NCBI GenBank assembly: GCA_013239625.1
Contig: MU053934.1
Coordinates: 6,218,399-6,282,398, forward strand
DNA from: Lama guanicoe
Taxonomy: Eukaryota
DNA length: 64,000 nt
Reading direction: 5' to 3'
Part shown: in pieces, positions 39,201 through 64,000 of the stretch
Position numbering within the stretch: the first letter of the stretch is position 1
Layout: every line of letters starts with the position of its first letter
The notes under the pieces: model-generated
Told to the model about the DNA's origin: nothing
The model's input: the letters and a program-made list of their open reading frames with translations, nothing else
The model's database searches: none
Program-made: the position numbers and the translations under genes

Positions 39201-42200
39201 GGGCAGAACAGGACAAACAGAAATGGCTCACGCCTGATAGGTCATCTTTACATGCCTATAATCATATTGTATGCAGCCAGTGTTTCTTGTGACACAACTG
39301 ATGTCCCTTGTAACACTGGGAAAATGTGAAGAATTGTGAGAAATCGGGCAGGTTGGCAAATACTTCCATAATTCAGTTCCTTTTTGATCTGTGAGGCTAA
39401 TCTAATGAGGGGATAAAGTTCCCCTGGCAAGGGAGTTAATGGCCCCTGAAAGGCCTACAGAAAACCCTCAGCCATGGGTTAACAGACCGCCATTGCAGAC
39501 GAAAGGAGAGACTGAGGCCTTGCGGGGGAAACCAGCCAAGGGGAAAGCACCCAGATCACAGGCGAGGAGAGAGCTGGGAATGGGCTGGGGAATGAGGGTG
39601 AGCACTCCAGAGCACAGCTCCCTGAAAAGATCATTCATTCACGCAGTGGCTGTCGAGCATCCACTACGTGCCCCACACTGTTCTGGGCCCTGAGGGAAGC
39701 AGAGTGAGCAGGATAATTCCTGCAGTCAGAGTATAATAATCATAGAGCTACAAGAGACTAAAAGGTCACTATTCAACCTCCTATTATTCACTCGCGTAAC
39801 AAATACATACTGAGAACTTACTATGTGCTGGGCCTTATGCTAGGCACTGGGGGCACGATGTGGACAAAACAGATGAGATTCTTGCCCTCATGGAGCTTAC
39901 AGTCTAGCAGAGAAGGCAAACCAAAAAAAAAAAAAAATCCCATAAACCCCTGTATAATTATGAGCTATGATAAGGGTCTTGCTGGAAAACGCAGAGAATG
40001 TGGTGAGTACATAAGACAGTCTGAAGGGTCAGAGAAGACTTGGCTGAGAAAGCGACACTGAACTCATCTGAAGGATGGAGAGCTATAACCAAGTGGCGGA
40101 TCAGGGAGGTGGACTGAAGTCAGACGACAGGTTTAATTGTCCAAAGTGCGTGTGTTCAGGGAATGAGAAGAGAGGGGCTGGGGAAGGGCTCAACCTGCAA
40201 AGAGGCCATCGAGGAAGAAAGACCCAGACCAGATCAGACATGGCCTTGGAGGCTATGCTGAGCTTCTGCTTTTTATTCCCAGAGCAATGGGAAGAGTTCT
40301 GACTTAAAAAAGGGAATGCCATGTTCAGATTTTCATTTGAAAAGATCACTTTGCCTCTTGTGTGGAGAACTGACTGAAAAGGAAGAGTAGATGGACTGCT
40401 GAGGTCCAGGCTAGAAATGAGGCTGGATGAAAGTGAAAGCTCTGGAGAAGCGGGAAGAGATGAAGAGAGAGAATCTAGTTTAAGACACATTTACAAGGCA
40501 GAACTGACTGGAGTTAAAGAAGGACTTGTTATAGGAAGTGGAAAGCCAGTGCAAGGAAGAAATAAAAAATGACTCCCCATTCATGAATATAAAATGAATG
40601 GCTGCTTGGTCTTTGCCTGAGTACCTGCTGTCACAACCCTCAGCTCAGACAGAAATTTTCTGGAAAAACGCGTGGGCTTTAGAGTCAGAGAGACTTCGGT
40701 TTTAGTACTGGCGCTGTAACTGGCCATGTAACTTTGGGCAACTCCCTCTCTCTCAGAGTCCTCATGGGTCAGCTGCACACTGACTGGGTTCTCACCATGA
40801 AGCTGGCACTGAGCTAGCGATGGTGACAGGAGAGGGAGGCAGTGTCAGCTTACAGGGAGCTGACATGTGGATCCCTGCAGAGACTCAGGAACAGCCTGCT
40901 TCACCATAACGTGCTCAGTGTGACACGGACCACAACTGCCATGGGAGCAGAGAGGAGGGCAACTGGCTGGAAGGTCTGGGAAGGGTATTCTGGAGGTGAG
41001 TCTTAAGGTCACCATGAGGAACTATTGCACAGGACCGTACAGCCTGGCCTAGCAGCCAGAACTACGGAGGAGTAGCGAAGTTCCTGGCCTAGGGGAACAC
41101 CCAGGGACCTGAGACTGCGGGACAGGGTGTGGGAGAAGACGCTCACCGGGGGACAGCTGGAGATACCACCACTGCCGAAGAAGAACTCATCCTTGTGCAC
41201 AACTATGGAGGTGTGCCTGCAACGCACAGAAGAGGCAGAATAAGCCAGAAAGTTTAAATCTGGACTGAGAAAAAGCAAACACCACACCGCAATGAGAAGA
41301 ATTTCTGCCTAAGTATATGACTTATGAGGTCAACAGCTTTATAAACTAACCAAATAAACATAAGATAAATACCACAGATAAGAGTTTCCCGACTTTGGCG
41401 CTACTGACATTTGGGGCTGGATAGTCATCTGTTGTGGGGGTGTCCTGTGCATTCTAGGACATTCAGCAGCATCCTGGTATTTACCTACTAGATGGTAGTA
41501 GCATCCCCCACCCCAGTTGTGACAACCAGACATTGCCTGGGGTCTCCTGGGGGCAGAACTTTTCCCTGTTGAGAACCACTGCTGTTCAGTGAGCAGAGGG
41601 GAGTCCTTAGAGGTTCACCCCAATATTAACAAGTCAATTATTGAAATAAAGCTCTGCAGAGCAAGGTGTGTTCCCAGGCTTTTTAAACTAACAGGAGCAG
41701 TTAACGTAGACCATGCTGAGGGAAAACCAGATGCTGTTAAGTGTGGACCTGCTGCAGGTGAAGGTATTCCTGTTACTTCTTGGGTCTGAGTCAAACAAAG
41801 CAAAGGGTTATTCTGGTCAGCCAAAATGTCAGCAGGCTCTAGGAGTCCAAACAGAACACTGACCTACGGTTTCCTCAGAAATGGAACTGAGAGCCCAGCC
41901 ACCCTCTTGTGTCTTGCAGGGATGGGTCTGAGAGACCAAAGCACACGTGTTTTAAGAAAGACATGTGGGGCCCTCAGGACTTCTATACTTAGAAAGCTTG
42001 GTCGGGGTGGGCTGACATCATTCTGCCTTTCTTTAGGACAGGGTTTTTTATCCTCAGCACCACACGTTTCTGGCTGGATCATTCTTTGTTGTGGAGGCCA
42101 TCCTGCAAATTGTAGGAGGTATATAGCAGCATCCCTGGCCTTCACCCACACACCCCAAATGTCTTGAGACACCGATAAACTCCTGGTTGAGAACCACTGC

Positions 42201-45200
42201 TTTAGAACTTGAAGCTCTGTGACTCAGAGAGCTAGGTTTGAAGTTGGAAGCCACAGATTAGAACCTGAAGTGCGCGGTGCTGCCTCGTTTCATAAACCAG
42301 TCACTGTAAGGAGGTCCCAACTTACCAGATACCTTCCAGTTGTTTCCCTGTGGAGAAAAAAAGAAGAGATTTAGCCACTTGGAACTAGACTAAATGGTCT
42401 CCTAGCCACAGTAAATTCAGATCATCAGTCAAACCCAGAGCAACCCATTATAACCTCTTGGGGCATTTTCTAGGAATGCAATTCTCCTCCAATAAGGTCC
42501 TTAGGTCGTGACATGGTATGCTGTGTTAAGTAAGTTGAAAAATAATCAGAATCCTTAAGCAGAATGCAAGATGGAAATACTTGTATAGATATACCCAATT
42601 TTATGTCTGCTTTTCTTTCTCATTTGGGGTCAATTCAATCTTGCATTTATAATTTGTCCCATCTTTCGAGACTATAGTAAAACAATAATACAGAAAAGTT
42701 ATTATCCACTTCTTCATAGAGCATATGTGAGGTAAATCCTTTAGAAAATGATAGAGCAACTTTGCAAATACCACCCATTTGAATAGTCACGGCACATGCA
42801 TTCTGTACCTCTATGTGGCAGACATGATGTGAGGTATGGAAATGCAAATATGAGTTTATCTCTGTCTTGCCTTTAAGGAGCCCAAAGTCAAATGGAAAGA
42901 GAGATACACACATAAATAACTTAAAACACAATGTTCACAGGCTCCATAATAGTGGTAAAAATAATAAAGATAGAGAACTACCTTCATGAGCTGCAATTCT
43001 ACCAGTGAACAAACAGGGGCAGGGACCGACATTTCTGCCAGAGGGAACAGCATGTGCAAACACATGGTTGTGAAAAGACTAAGGTCTCGCAGGGTAGAGC
43101 AAAGGGTGCAGTGATGGTTAAGAGGACAGGTGGCAGCAAGGGTGCAAGCAAAGGAGAGTAAACCTGGACTGGACGCTGTCCTGCACAGTGGGGTGTTGAA
43201 GGTTGTTAGGCAGTAGAGGGCCTTGATCAGATCCATGTTTAAACAATAACTATATCTTCTAAAAGATAACTGTAGGTACAGAAAGTGAACTGGAGGGAAG
43301 AGAGTAGAGAGAGCAGACTAGAGTGAGGAGGTCTGCAGTGGTCCATCGAAGATACAACAGTGCTAAGGATGCACAGGAAGGGCAATGAAAGGCTTGAGAA
43401 CATTATCAAACATCACTCACTCACTGCTGGTTATAATTTTATAGTAACTGTTTACTGATTACTAAATGCACTTCCAACGTTTCAGTGTTTGCCCTGTGAA
43501 TTTCTAAAGAATGAAACTCAAAGCACTGTGTGGAAGGAGAGGTTATCCTTAAGAGGTTAAAATGTTTTCTCTTTTTAAAAGTTTTGCCCCTTTATTTGTA
43601 TTTTATTTAAATTTTGTTGGGGGGGTTATTAGGTTTAGCTATTTTATTTTTTAATGGAGGTGCTGGGGATTGAACCTAGGACCTCATGCACGCTAGGCAC
43701 ACACTCTTGCCACTGAGTTATACCCTCTCCCTGAGAAGGTGACATTTGAGCAAAGGCCTGAAGGAGGCAAGGGAGGGAACCATGCAGAGGCAGGACATGC
43801 TACATGTATTTGAGGGAACTTAAGGAGGCCAGCTGCGGCTAGAGTGGTTGAGTGAGGAGGAGAAAAGCAGGAGATGAGCAGAGGTAACAGAGAACAAGAT
43901 CACACAGATCAACTTGTAGCTGAGATTTTTTCTAAGCCTGAGCTGTCCAGTATGGTGCCTACATGTGGCTATTAAAATTAAAAGAACAAATTCAGTTCCT
44001 CAGTTGACTACCGCATTTCAAGTACTCAATAGCCACACTGGCCAGTAGTTAGGATGGGACAGTACAGATCTAGAACATTTCCACCAAAGCTGGAGGTTCT
44101 ATTATAGGATAGCACTGTTTAAGCCTTAATTTCCTATTCTGCTAGGAAAAAAAGCACAATAATTGAGTCTTACCTCACAGCATTTCCAAGATCGAAAGAG
44201 ATGAAATAGGCCTAGCACAGTGCCTGGTGTATAATACATACCACCCCCCAAAAAAGACTAACTCTTACTTCTCTTAGGCTTTACAATTTGAAATTAGGCT
44301 GCTCTCATAGTACCTTGGTATAAAAACTAGCTATTTACTTGTCTTTTTCCCCCATCAGACTACAACTGACTCAAAGACAAGGGCAGTTTCTTATGCATCT
44401 TTGTAAATCCAGCGCCAAGCAAAGAACCTGGGACAGAGATGCTACAGGCACATCTGTTGAGACGAGCTATTTTGTTTCATCAGCTCTGTTGGTTGACACA
44501 CAGAGGCCAAATAAGGCCACAGTTCTCAACCCCAATCTTGGCTGCCCTGGCTTGTTATTCAAATGACTTTGCAACCCTGGCATATTGTACCCTGAGCCTG
44601 CTATTGCCTTCTCAGACGCCCATGCTCAATGACCTAGGAGGACAGCTGCAGGTATAGATACATCAGTTCAAACCCAGACCTACCAAAATAATGGGCTTTT
44701 GGAGAGGGGCCACAGAGATCATCCTGCCAGTTATTTTACACCTGAGAAACAACTCAGAAGTTGTGGGATACAAACCCTACTTTATTCTCCTTGATAGTCT
44801 CTGTATTGAGCATTAAATTTGTCTGTAAGCTGGACATTCTCCTTCCTCCTTATTCAACCACATCCAGGTACACTTAAGATCTCATCTGTCCATAGAATGG
44901 TGATAGGAACTAAAGAAAAAGGATCCTTTTATTCATTCTTTCATTTATTAATCCATCTGCCAAACACTTGGAGCCAACAACATCTAAAATGGATTAAGTG
45001 GAAAAAAATGGATTGAGTGGATTTAGATCATTTCTTAATTTAAAGTGTTTCATAGTTACCCTTATTCTCACATCTTTACATGGTAGAGTAGGACAGATAT
45101 TTATTAACATCATTTACAAACACGTAAATAAAGATGCATGGTTTGTTCAGTGTAAAGACAAGAAAAAACAGGATATGACCATGTGCTTGTTGGAGCAGCT

Positions 45201-48200
45201 CAGATAGAAATCTCAGTGTAGCTGCTCAGGGGCCTGCTCTCCTGAGGACAAGAATGAGGGCTGTGGCCTACTCCATGGGGTGACAGGCACTGTAAAGTGG
45301 GACTGACTGAACTGATTTTTTAATTTTTTCAGACAGATTGAGGTAGGAATAGGTGAGTAGATGGGGGTTTGAGTTTGAATTAGGGCACAAGGCCGTATCA
45401 GGATGTGAATTAGGCTCAGTGGATATTAGCACACTACAGAAGCTGACTGTTTTCCCACTAGGATTTCCTCAGCAAGCTGGAGAAGGGGTGGTCAGATGGC
45501 TGCATGTCTCTAAGCTTGCTGGTACATCCAATGCATTGATTTTGACGCCTATGAGGTATGCACGTGAAAACAAATGGAAGACATGGATAGTAGCCCTGTT
45601 TTCATCATGAATAACAAAGAATGTAGAGTGAGGTCTGCACTCAACAGCCTTCCACTGATTATAAGAGTAAAGTCAGTACATAAAAACCAAGGTGAAAATA
45701 TTCTATCTATCTCTTCATCAATTAAGATAAAGGAGCTTGTGCATACAGACACATGTTGGTTGTGGGACATGCTCAAGATCAGCACCTGGTGTACTGCTGG
45801 TGCTAAATAAATGTCTATTAATAAGCATAAGGTGGATGATAGTGATGGGCTACAGGGGCAGGCAGCACTGGCTCACTGGTATAAATCAAAAGTCACCTCA
45901 GCTCACCTCCTAGATTCCTCCCCACAGTGACAGCGTTCCTAATTGGCAGTGTTTTAATGTGGTTTGCTAGATTACCAGCAATGTGAAGAGGTTAACTCAA
46001 AAAGTCAGCTTAAAAGAAAAAAGTCAGCTTATTCTTCTCTGGAACCACTGGATAGATGTTGAATCTATGTGGGAAAAGGTAAAGAGAAACACCTGTATAA
46101 CACAGGTGGACCTTTATGCCTATACTGTAAAAAATGCCTACTGGCAGGGGGCTTGCGCTTCCTTTAGGAAGAGAAGGACTATCACAAAATCAAAATGCAC
46201 TACATCGTTAAAAACTAAGAAGGTATTTTAATCCTCAAAAAAGCTAGGTTTATGACTACTTAATACTTTAGCACTAGGATTCCTTGGAGCTGGTATAGGA
46301 TTCCTTCTCAGCGTACGGATAACAGATTTGTGAGATCTTTTTCTCAGTACTGAGAGGGTTCCCTCTTAACCACTGCTTGTTGTCAGTCAAGCCTTGTAGC
46401 AATGCTGTGAGGTAGGTCTGCAGCATCCTGCCATTTACTCAGCTTGTATTTACTGAATGCCAAGAACTGTACTAAACTCTGGGGATACAATCAAGAGTTC
46501 TTGCCCCCAGTGGGTGCTTCCAGTCCAGTTGGGGCTGGGGAAATGGACACAGATGAGAAAACATGCAATTATAAAATAGAACGACAGATGCTATTACAGG
46601 ACTTTGCAGGATGTTATCAGCACATGATAGAGACATGTGACCAATTTTGGGGGGTGGGGAGGTCAGGGAAAGTTTCCTGGAGGAAGTGACATTTTAGTTG
46701 AGGCCTCAAGGATGAGCAGAAGTTATCCAAGATAAGAGATGGGGAGAGAAAGTATCCCTGGCAGAGGGCATAGCCTTGAAAAGCCTAGAGGTAAAGAAGA
46801 ACCCAATGGGTTCAGTCCTCTTACGGGGCACAGCAGCCTTCTCCACTGGGGTTCTGCAAGAGAATTAAGTCCTACTGTCCTGAGGTATCTACTGGGGGAA
46901 TGAGAAAACGGTCACTCAGATCATTTTCCCTAGGGCTTAATTCTCTTGTGGAACCTGGCTGAGAAAGGCTTATAGAGTGTGCTTAGTATGTGGAGACAGC
47001 TGAGGGTGGGGAGAAAAGCAGAAATATCACGAAGGGCCTGGTAAGCCACATTAGTTTTCATTTTGCCAAAGAGAAACTGCGTGATTACTGAATTAATTCA
47101 TTAGATGGATATAAAACAGTACACACAATGAACAATAAAAATCTAAAACAAAGCACAATAGATGGCATTAAAACATTTAAAAAAACCCTCTCAGATTCAA
47201 ATAAATTCTACTTGATCTTTAAGCTTGAGTTCAAGGCTCAATCATTCCTATAACCAATATTTACTGATCACTAGCTCTGACTGGCCACTGGGGACACACA
47301 GAGGAGACACAGTCTCTGTTCTCCAGGAGCTCAAGGTTTTCACTGAAGTCTTTCTGACCCATCCAGACTACCATGACCTCTCCCTTCTTTCAAGGCCTAA
47401 AATAATTATTTCATCACTTTCTCATTTTTGGCATCTAATTGTAATCTCTTTTGTGTTGTTAATAATGTTGCATATGCACAACATTATTTTTAACTAAATA
47501 AACTCCTTGAGGACAGAGTCCATGTCTTTTATTTCATTACTATTTGTACTACAGAATTAAGCAAGGCACTGAGCATAGTAAAATCTCAAATATTCATTGG
47601 ATAGCATTCTGCCAAGAAATATAGGTATACTCTACATGTCTAAGTCTTTAAACCTGAGAACAATTTTGAGATAGGCTTGTAAAGAAAAATAAATGGGATC
47701 TTGGAATACGTGCATGCATATAAAACTTCAGATCAGAAAACAATCTACAAGTATAATGTACCTCTTAACACAACTAAAAAAACAAACCCACCTCCACATT
47801 TATTGCCCATGTACAGAAAGAGGTCAAGAAATTTAAAGAGCAGCCAAAGTCATTAAAAGGAGGAAATGAAGGACAATTATAATAGCTAATTATCTTAGGC
47901 AAACAGTGACTATGGAAAAAAAAAGTACAATCAGGCTGCTGCTCAATTAGAACAATAAGGATAATTCTAGGACCATTTTTATGGTGAGTGAAGGACTGTG
48001 GAGCCATTAATACCTTCATTCTAGCAAGACTGCATTCTAGAAGCAATTCTTGAAGACTGAAAACCAGACAGGGTAAAACTGTGGAGTCTACATTGTTTCA
48101 AGGGAGAAGGGAATTACATTAGACTTTATCTAGTCCAATTATGACTGTAATAGACTAGATGGGGTCTAATAATAAAGAGTTGTCATAACAAGAATAAGCT

Positions 48201-51200
48201 ACAGCTTATTAAAGCTAGATAAAGAGCCAGGCCACCCCACTCATGAAGTTTTTCCTTTTAAAAAAGAAGAGGGTACAGATAATGAGGTAATGCTAATTTA
48301 GTCTGGAACAATGAAAGCTAGGAGGGATGACCATAAATCTACGATTATGAACGTCACATGCACATTGAACCCAGATTTTTTTCCTCATCCAAATTTGAAA
48401 CATTTGACCAAAATGCCTTTATAAACTTGAACTAGGTACTTACTTTACGTCAGTTATAAGCGAATACATCACACAGGGGAGATGGTTCAGTAAAATGAGA
48501 ATATGAGCTCTAGAAGTCTGACTGCCTACATTCATAACCCAGCTCTGCCACTTACCAGCTGTGTCACCTAGGTACAAATTTCTTAATGCCCTGTATCTCA
48601 GGTTCCTTAACTGAAAAGTGGAGGTAATAACAGGACCTATTTCACAAAATTGTGGTGAGGAATATAACACACGAAAGTACTCAGAGAAAAAGGTTCTGGC
48701 ACATGGTAAATTCTAATATGCTCCTAGAATTCATCACAAAAATCAGGAAACAAATTGATTTTTTAAAGGTTCAAATATATTGAGGAATGGGAAATCAATA
48801 TATGGCTACTAACAGAACTAGGACATACTCAACTTTAAGATTAGTGATGTCCAGATGGGATGAACCAGTAAGGCAATGCTCATTTTCCATAAGTTTTTAA
48901 CTCTGGAAAGCTTTGATAACCCTTTCTTCATTACTTTTGCAAAAGGCATAAAAACAGTATATAAGAAAAGGGGACAGGAAGACAGAATTAGATTTGTAGG
49001 CAAGGTGACGTTCTCCTGTAATCAGATGTGCCAAATGGAAGTTCCAATTTGGCTGAGGTCTTCTAGGATTTCATATCCATTAAAAAAGGTTGTGTGTGGC
49101 GAGGGGCAGGTCCAATATTTCACCTTCAGTTATGGCACTCTCCCTTTCACCCACTAAACTCCACAAAGGCCTTCTTTCAGTTCCAGGACAGGCCAGGCTC
49201 TTGCCTCAGGACCTTGGCTGGTTAATCCCCCTTCTGCCTGGAACACTACAACTCCCTCACTACCTACCTTGTGACTTCTTCCTCATCCTTAAATTCCCAA
49301 CTTAAAAGTCACTACTCCTGACCTCCTTATTTTAAAGTAGGTCTCAGCACCTAGTTGGCGTACTGCACAGCCTATCACAATTTGTAATTATTTCATTTGC
49401 TTATTTATTGTTGTCTTCCCCACTAAATAGCTCCGTGATGGCACAGAACATCTTTGTTCATCACATCATCTTCAGTTAAGCTTAAAACTGGGACTAGCAC
49501 GTAGTAGGCACTCAATAAATCTGCTGAATGAATCATGAACCAATGACACTAAGGTTGCTTTCAGCCAAAATCAGTAACTATTAGATAACAGAACCAAAAA
49601 TGTCCAGTAAAAAGGGGAGAGCTTTTATTTATCAGTCTAGGAAACATCTAAGTAACGCCTTACTATGATGAAACTAATCAAATGGCTCCATTCCAGGAAG
49701 TTTAGTTAGAACTTGAATGATGTAATCCACTAGTGACTAGCACCTTCCTCAAACAGTGACTTTGTAAGTTTTGCTTTCAGATTTGCCTTACTCATTTTAA
49801 CAGTCGGTGATCTAGGCCCTACTTCTGTCTGATAATGGATTGCCTACATAAAAATTATCTGAGGAACTTATTAAAAAACAGATTTCTGGATCAAAACTCT
49901 ACAAGATTCTTAGTACTTGTGTAATAAGGCTCTATTTAAAACTTTGCTTATTTTGAGTACAGAATATATATATGTAGTACACAATTCAAAAGACACAAAA
50001 AGTTTACAATAAAGTCTCCCTTCCACTCCTGTCCCCCAGCCTCAAGTTTTTCTTTCCATAAGCTACCACTGTTATCAATTTTCTTACCTATTCTTCCAGA
50101 TAATTTGCCTAAGCAAGCATGTACATATATCCTTTCCTTCAAACACACACTTTCATATTTAAAAAGATGTTCCAACTTCATTTTTCTCTATTCCCATTTA
50201 ACAACATATGTTGGAAATGAAGGTATCTGTATTTTTAACAAGCACCCTAGGTGACTGTGATGTGAAGCCAAACATAGGAACACTCACTGGCCCAGGGTTA
50301 AGAGAGATTAAATTCAACTCACTAAGACACATTAGAAACTCAAGGACTCTGACACTCAAAAGTAGCCTTACTTACTTGACCTCTTCCCTCTTGTTTCACG
50401 GACATGAACTAAAACATAATCCAATGTCTTCAAAGAAGCCAAGAAAAACTAGCCATTCATATGGATGTTGCCAAAGCTTTTCAATTTTCAATTCCTCAAA
50501 TCATTTCCTGCCCAATATCATCTGAAATCATAAACCTGACAATTCCTATGTTACACAAGACATATTGGTATTTGGGTTATAAAGAGGTTTGATCTACACT
50601 GAACAAGGGCTGATTTTCTCTCCCGGCAGTTGAGTAGTTTAACGGAGCACAAATCGAAATACTTTCCTTACTAATCCTTGCGGACATAACAGCATCCACT
50701 CCTCCCCTGGAATTGCTTTCTTACCATCTGTGCAAAAGCAATTAACTTAGAAACTCTTGAGAAGACCGCACTGTCAGGCCAAACTTGGTGAATACTTGAG
50801 TTTGGGCTCCAGGACATCTGACTTCACTTCTAACGAGGGGCAGTGGCCTGTGCAGCTCTAGCTTTCGCTTCCCATCTACCCCAGAGACTGCAGAAAGAGT
50901 TTCCTTTTGGCACGGAGGAAGGCTTTCCTCCGCAGTGTCCCTTTCACCACGAGGGGCACCGCTCGACAAGCATCTTCACCTCCCCTACACCGCGCAGAGG
51001 AAGGAGGAGTGTAGAAGGCTCCCCAAGCGAGTCAGAGAACTCACCGGGACCCAGCGCCGGCTTCCCCCGCCTCCCAGGTAAAAGGGGTCTGAAGGGTTAG
51101 GAAAGGGCATGACTCCTCCAACCCTTCTCCCTGGATTCAAACGTGAAGAAGGAAAAGTGGGGCTTAGGGGGCCCAAACCTCAGACCCTCCCTCTCCATTC

Positions 51201-51420
51201 GGGCTTTTCTTCATCCTCTGGGCTCCTGCCTCCCTTTAAGCCCTGGTCCAGGCCTCCCCACCTGGGCCGGCCGTCCCGGCACCCCCTCTCCCGCCTCCGG
51301 CCCTGCTTCCCGCCTGCCGCCGGCCCCCTTACCCAGCATGATGGGGCTGAGCCGCCGAGCCAGGCCCTTGGACAGGTCGTACACGTAGAGCTTCACCGGA
51401 TAGAGATTCGGCGGCTCCAT
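36145..51420 (-). CDS. DESI1: Desumoylating isopeptidase 1 (PPPDE2), complete spliced CDS: complement(join(36145..36238,37932..38054,38723..38832,41147..41216,42326..42347,51333..51420)), 168 aa
   Basis: Translation [44 protein letters not shown]...[19 protein letters not shown]...GRPNGQS*. The catalytic dyad H38/C108 is intact; 507 nt in total. Confidence 0.97.
37932..38054 (-). CDS. DESI1: DESI1 exon 5
   Basis: [41 protein letters not shown]. Confidence 0.95.
38723..38832 (-). CDS. DESI1: DESI1 exon 4
   Basis: [37 protein letters not shown]. Confidence 0.95.
41147..41216 (-). CDS. DESI1: DESI1 exon 3
   Basis: [23 protein letters not shown]. Confidence 0.95.
41383..41581. mobile_element. 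MER20-like hAT DNA transposon
   Basis: actgacatttggggctggatagtcatctgttgtgggg...gttgagaaccactg. Confidence 0.7.
42039..42200. mobile_element. MER20-like hAT DNA transposon (second copy)
   Basis: ggctggatcattctttgttgtggagg...agcagcatccctggcc...ggttgagaaccactg. Confidence 0.65.
42326..42347 (-). CDS. DESI1: DESI1 exon 2 (22-nt microexon)
   Basis: ctccacag|GGAAACAACTGGAAGGTATCTG|gtaagt, encoding GKQLEGIW. Confidence 0.92.
43590..43731 (-). mobile_element. tRNA-derived SINE, Vic-1 (camelid)-like
   Basis: The minus strand reads GGGAGAGGGTATAACTCAGTGGCAAGAG...GTCCTAGGTTCAATCCCCAGCACCTCCA, with A/B boxes and an A-rich tail. Confidence 0.75.
43940..44117. mobile_element. MER3/MER33-like DNA transposon
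   Basis: gctgtcca...cacatgtggcta-like ends, ...attcagttcctcagt...catttcaagtactcaatagccaca...agaacatttcca. Confidence 0.6.
51333..51420 (-). CDS. DESI1: DESI1 exon 1 (coding part)
   Basis: [29 protein letters not shown], followed by donor gtaag. Confidence 0.95.
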
Positions 51421-51779
51421 CCGGACCCGTGGCGGCGGCGGCCACGAAGTCCCTCAGGCACCCGGCAGCGGCTTGGACCTTCCCGTACCCGACGGGGGCA
51501 GGGAGCGGAGGGACCGGGGAGACCGAGCCCGGGCCCGGCCTGCAGGATGGGGGAGAGGCCGCCCTACGCAGCTCGCGCCCCCGCACCCGCCACCGGCAAC
51601 GACTACTGTGAGGTGACAGCCGGGACAGGCAGGGTCCTCACGGAAGAGGGGGAGGGGGGCGGGGGCAGGGATGTACTCTCGCGCATGTGCATGCCATCCA
51701 GACGGGCGGCGAGGGGCGGGGCCTCGCGGGAGGGGGCGAGCCTTCGCCGGCTGGGTGGCGTTAGTGGGGGACGGGTGTG

Positions 51780-51933
51780 GAAAGCGCATGTGGATGTGGG
51801 CGTGCCAGCTGGACGGGAAAGGTTCGCGCTGTGCGTGATGACGTAAGGGGCGTTCGTTGGAAGCGAGAAGTGGAGCCCGCGCGTGCGCGGCGCCCCGCCT
51901 TCTGCCCAAATTGATCTCTTACTTGCGCCCAAG
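51780..51933 (+). other. XRCC6: XRCC6 non-coding exon 1 (start approximate)
   Basis: Donor AAG|gtaggc at 51933/51934 inside the CpG island; the next exon has its acceptor at 52547. Confidence 0.6.
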
Positions 51934-52562
51934 GTAGGCGGGAAGGGGCTGCGTTCTGTTTGTTGTTTGCTCGTGGGGGCTGGCGTCGTTCGGCTTTGCC
52001 TTCTCAGTCTTGCGCGTCCCCGTAGCCTCGCCGCCGGGCAGCGTAAGCCAGAAGTGCGTGGGTGCGAGGGGTGGAGACAGCCTCTGTCCCAGCTCTTTCC
52101 TCTGGAGGGAGGCGGCACCCAGTCTTGGAGGGCCACCTATGTTTGAGACCCCACTGGGCTTGCCTGGCTGAGGAGTTGGAGATTTGGGGGCGGGATGAGA
52201 ATAAGTGGGTCCGCTAAAGGACGGAATACCCCAGACCGGGTATCCGTCAAGTCCAGATGATGACGGAGGCCGGACTGGACCTCCAGGTCAGGCTGCCCCG
52301 GCACACCCCGGGCCACTTACCTTGAAGTGTCCTTAAGGGATAGCTAAGGTGAGGCTGCTTTCTGGAAAGACGCCCATACCCATTTACCTCTGCATCTCAA
52401 TTACTAAGCTCTCCAAGCAGCAGAATCCAGCATCCACATTTCTCACCAGCATCTCGAGCCTTTGGGACAGATCTCATAGTAGCCTAGGAGTCGATAATTT
52501 TTCGGTTCAAATTTGCTTGTTACTGATCTTAACTTTCTCACATCTAGTGAGCAAGAACCAAC

Positions 52563-63849
<11,287 letters not shown>

Positions 63850-64000
63850 GTGAGTGGCTTTGATTAAATGAATGAGTAATGCCAAAGGCAATTTAGTGAG
63901 CAGCATTTCCTAAGTGGCTGCTGGAAACTGTATAGGATATGTTAATGGGTATTTGGAAAGTGTTTCATGCTCAAATGAGTTTTGGAAATGTGAGACTAAG

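Larger units (their letters stand above)
50950..52320. promoter_or_regulatory. Bidirectional CpG-island promoter shared by DESI1 and XRCC6
   Basis: CpG-rich sequence with GC boxes, NRF1-like motifs (51681-51691, 51878-51889) and CRE-like TGACGTAA (51839-51846); the first exons are head-to-head. Confidence 0.85.

Noticed and set aside
51109..51846. 245-aa plus-strand ORF
   Set aside because: It is a stop-poor CpG island antisense to DESI1 exon 1.

Overview
Mammalian genomic DNA, not prokaryotic. It is probably from a camelid, judging by Vic-1-type tRNA-derived SINEs. The gene order matches human 22q13.2: CSDC2 (+, 3 coding exons, 153 aa), PMM1 (-, 8 exons, 262 aa), DESI1 (-, 6 exons, 168 aa) and the 5' part of XRCC6/Ku70 (+, coding exons 2-8, 376 aa, running off the window end). 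All exons were assembled by hand with GT-AG boundaries and continuous frames. CSDC2 and PMM1 are tail-to-tail. DESI1 and XRCC6 share a bidirectional CpG-island promoter. An RPL23A retrocopy and an ERV solo LTR lie upstream of PMM1. I found no convincing new multi-gene system. The observations most worth following up are: a TSD-flanked 5' half of tRNA-Gly(TCC) in an XRCC6 intron; an Ile-to-Asn change in the invariant PMM1 RGTFIEFR motif; an RPL23A retrocopy whose ORF stays open through several in-frame indels and a lost stop; an apparently exact 422-bp tandem duplication of the CRE-containing putative CSDC2 promoter (real or an assembly artefact); and two tiny retroinsertions. Comparisons to human proteins and repeat families are from memory, not from database searches.
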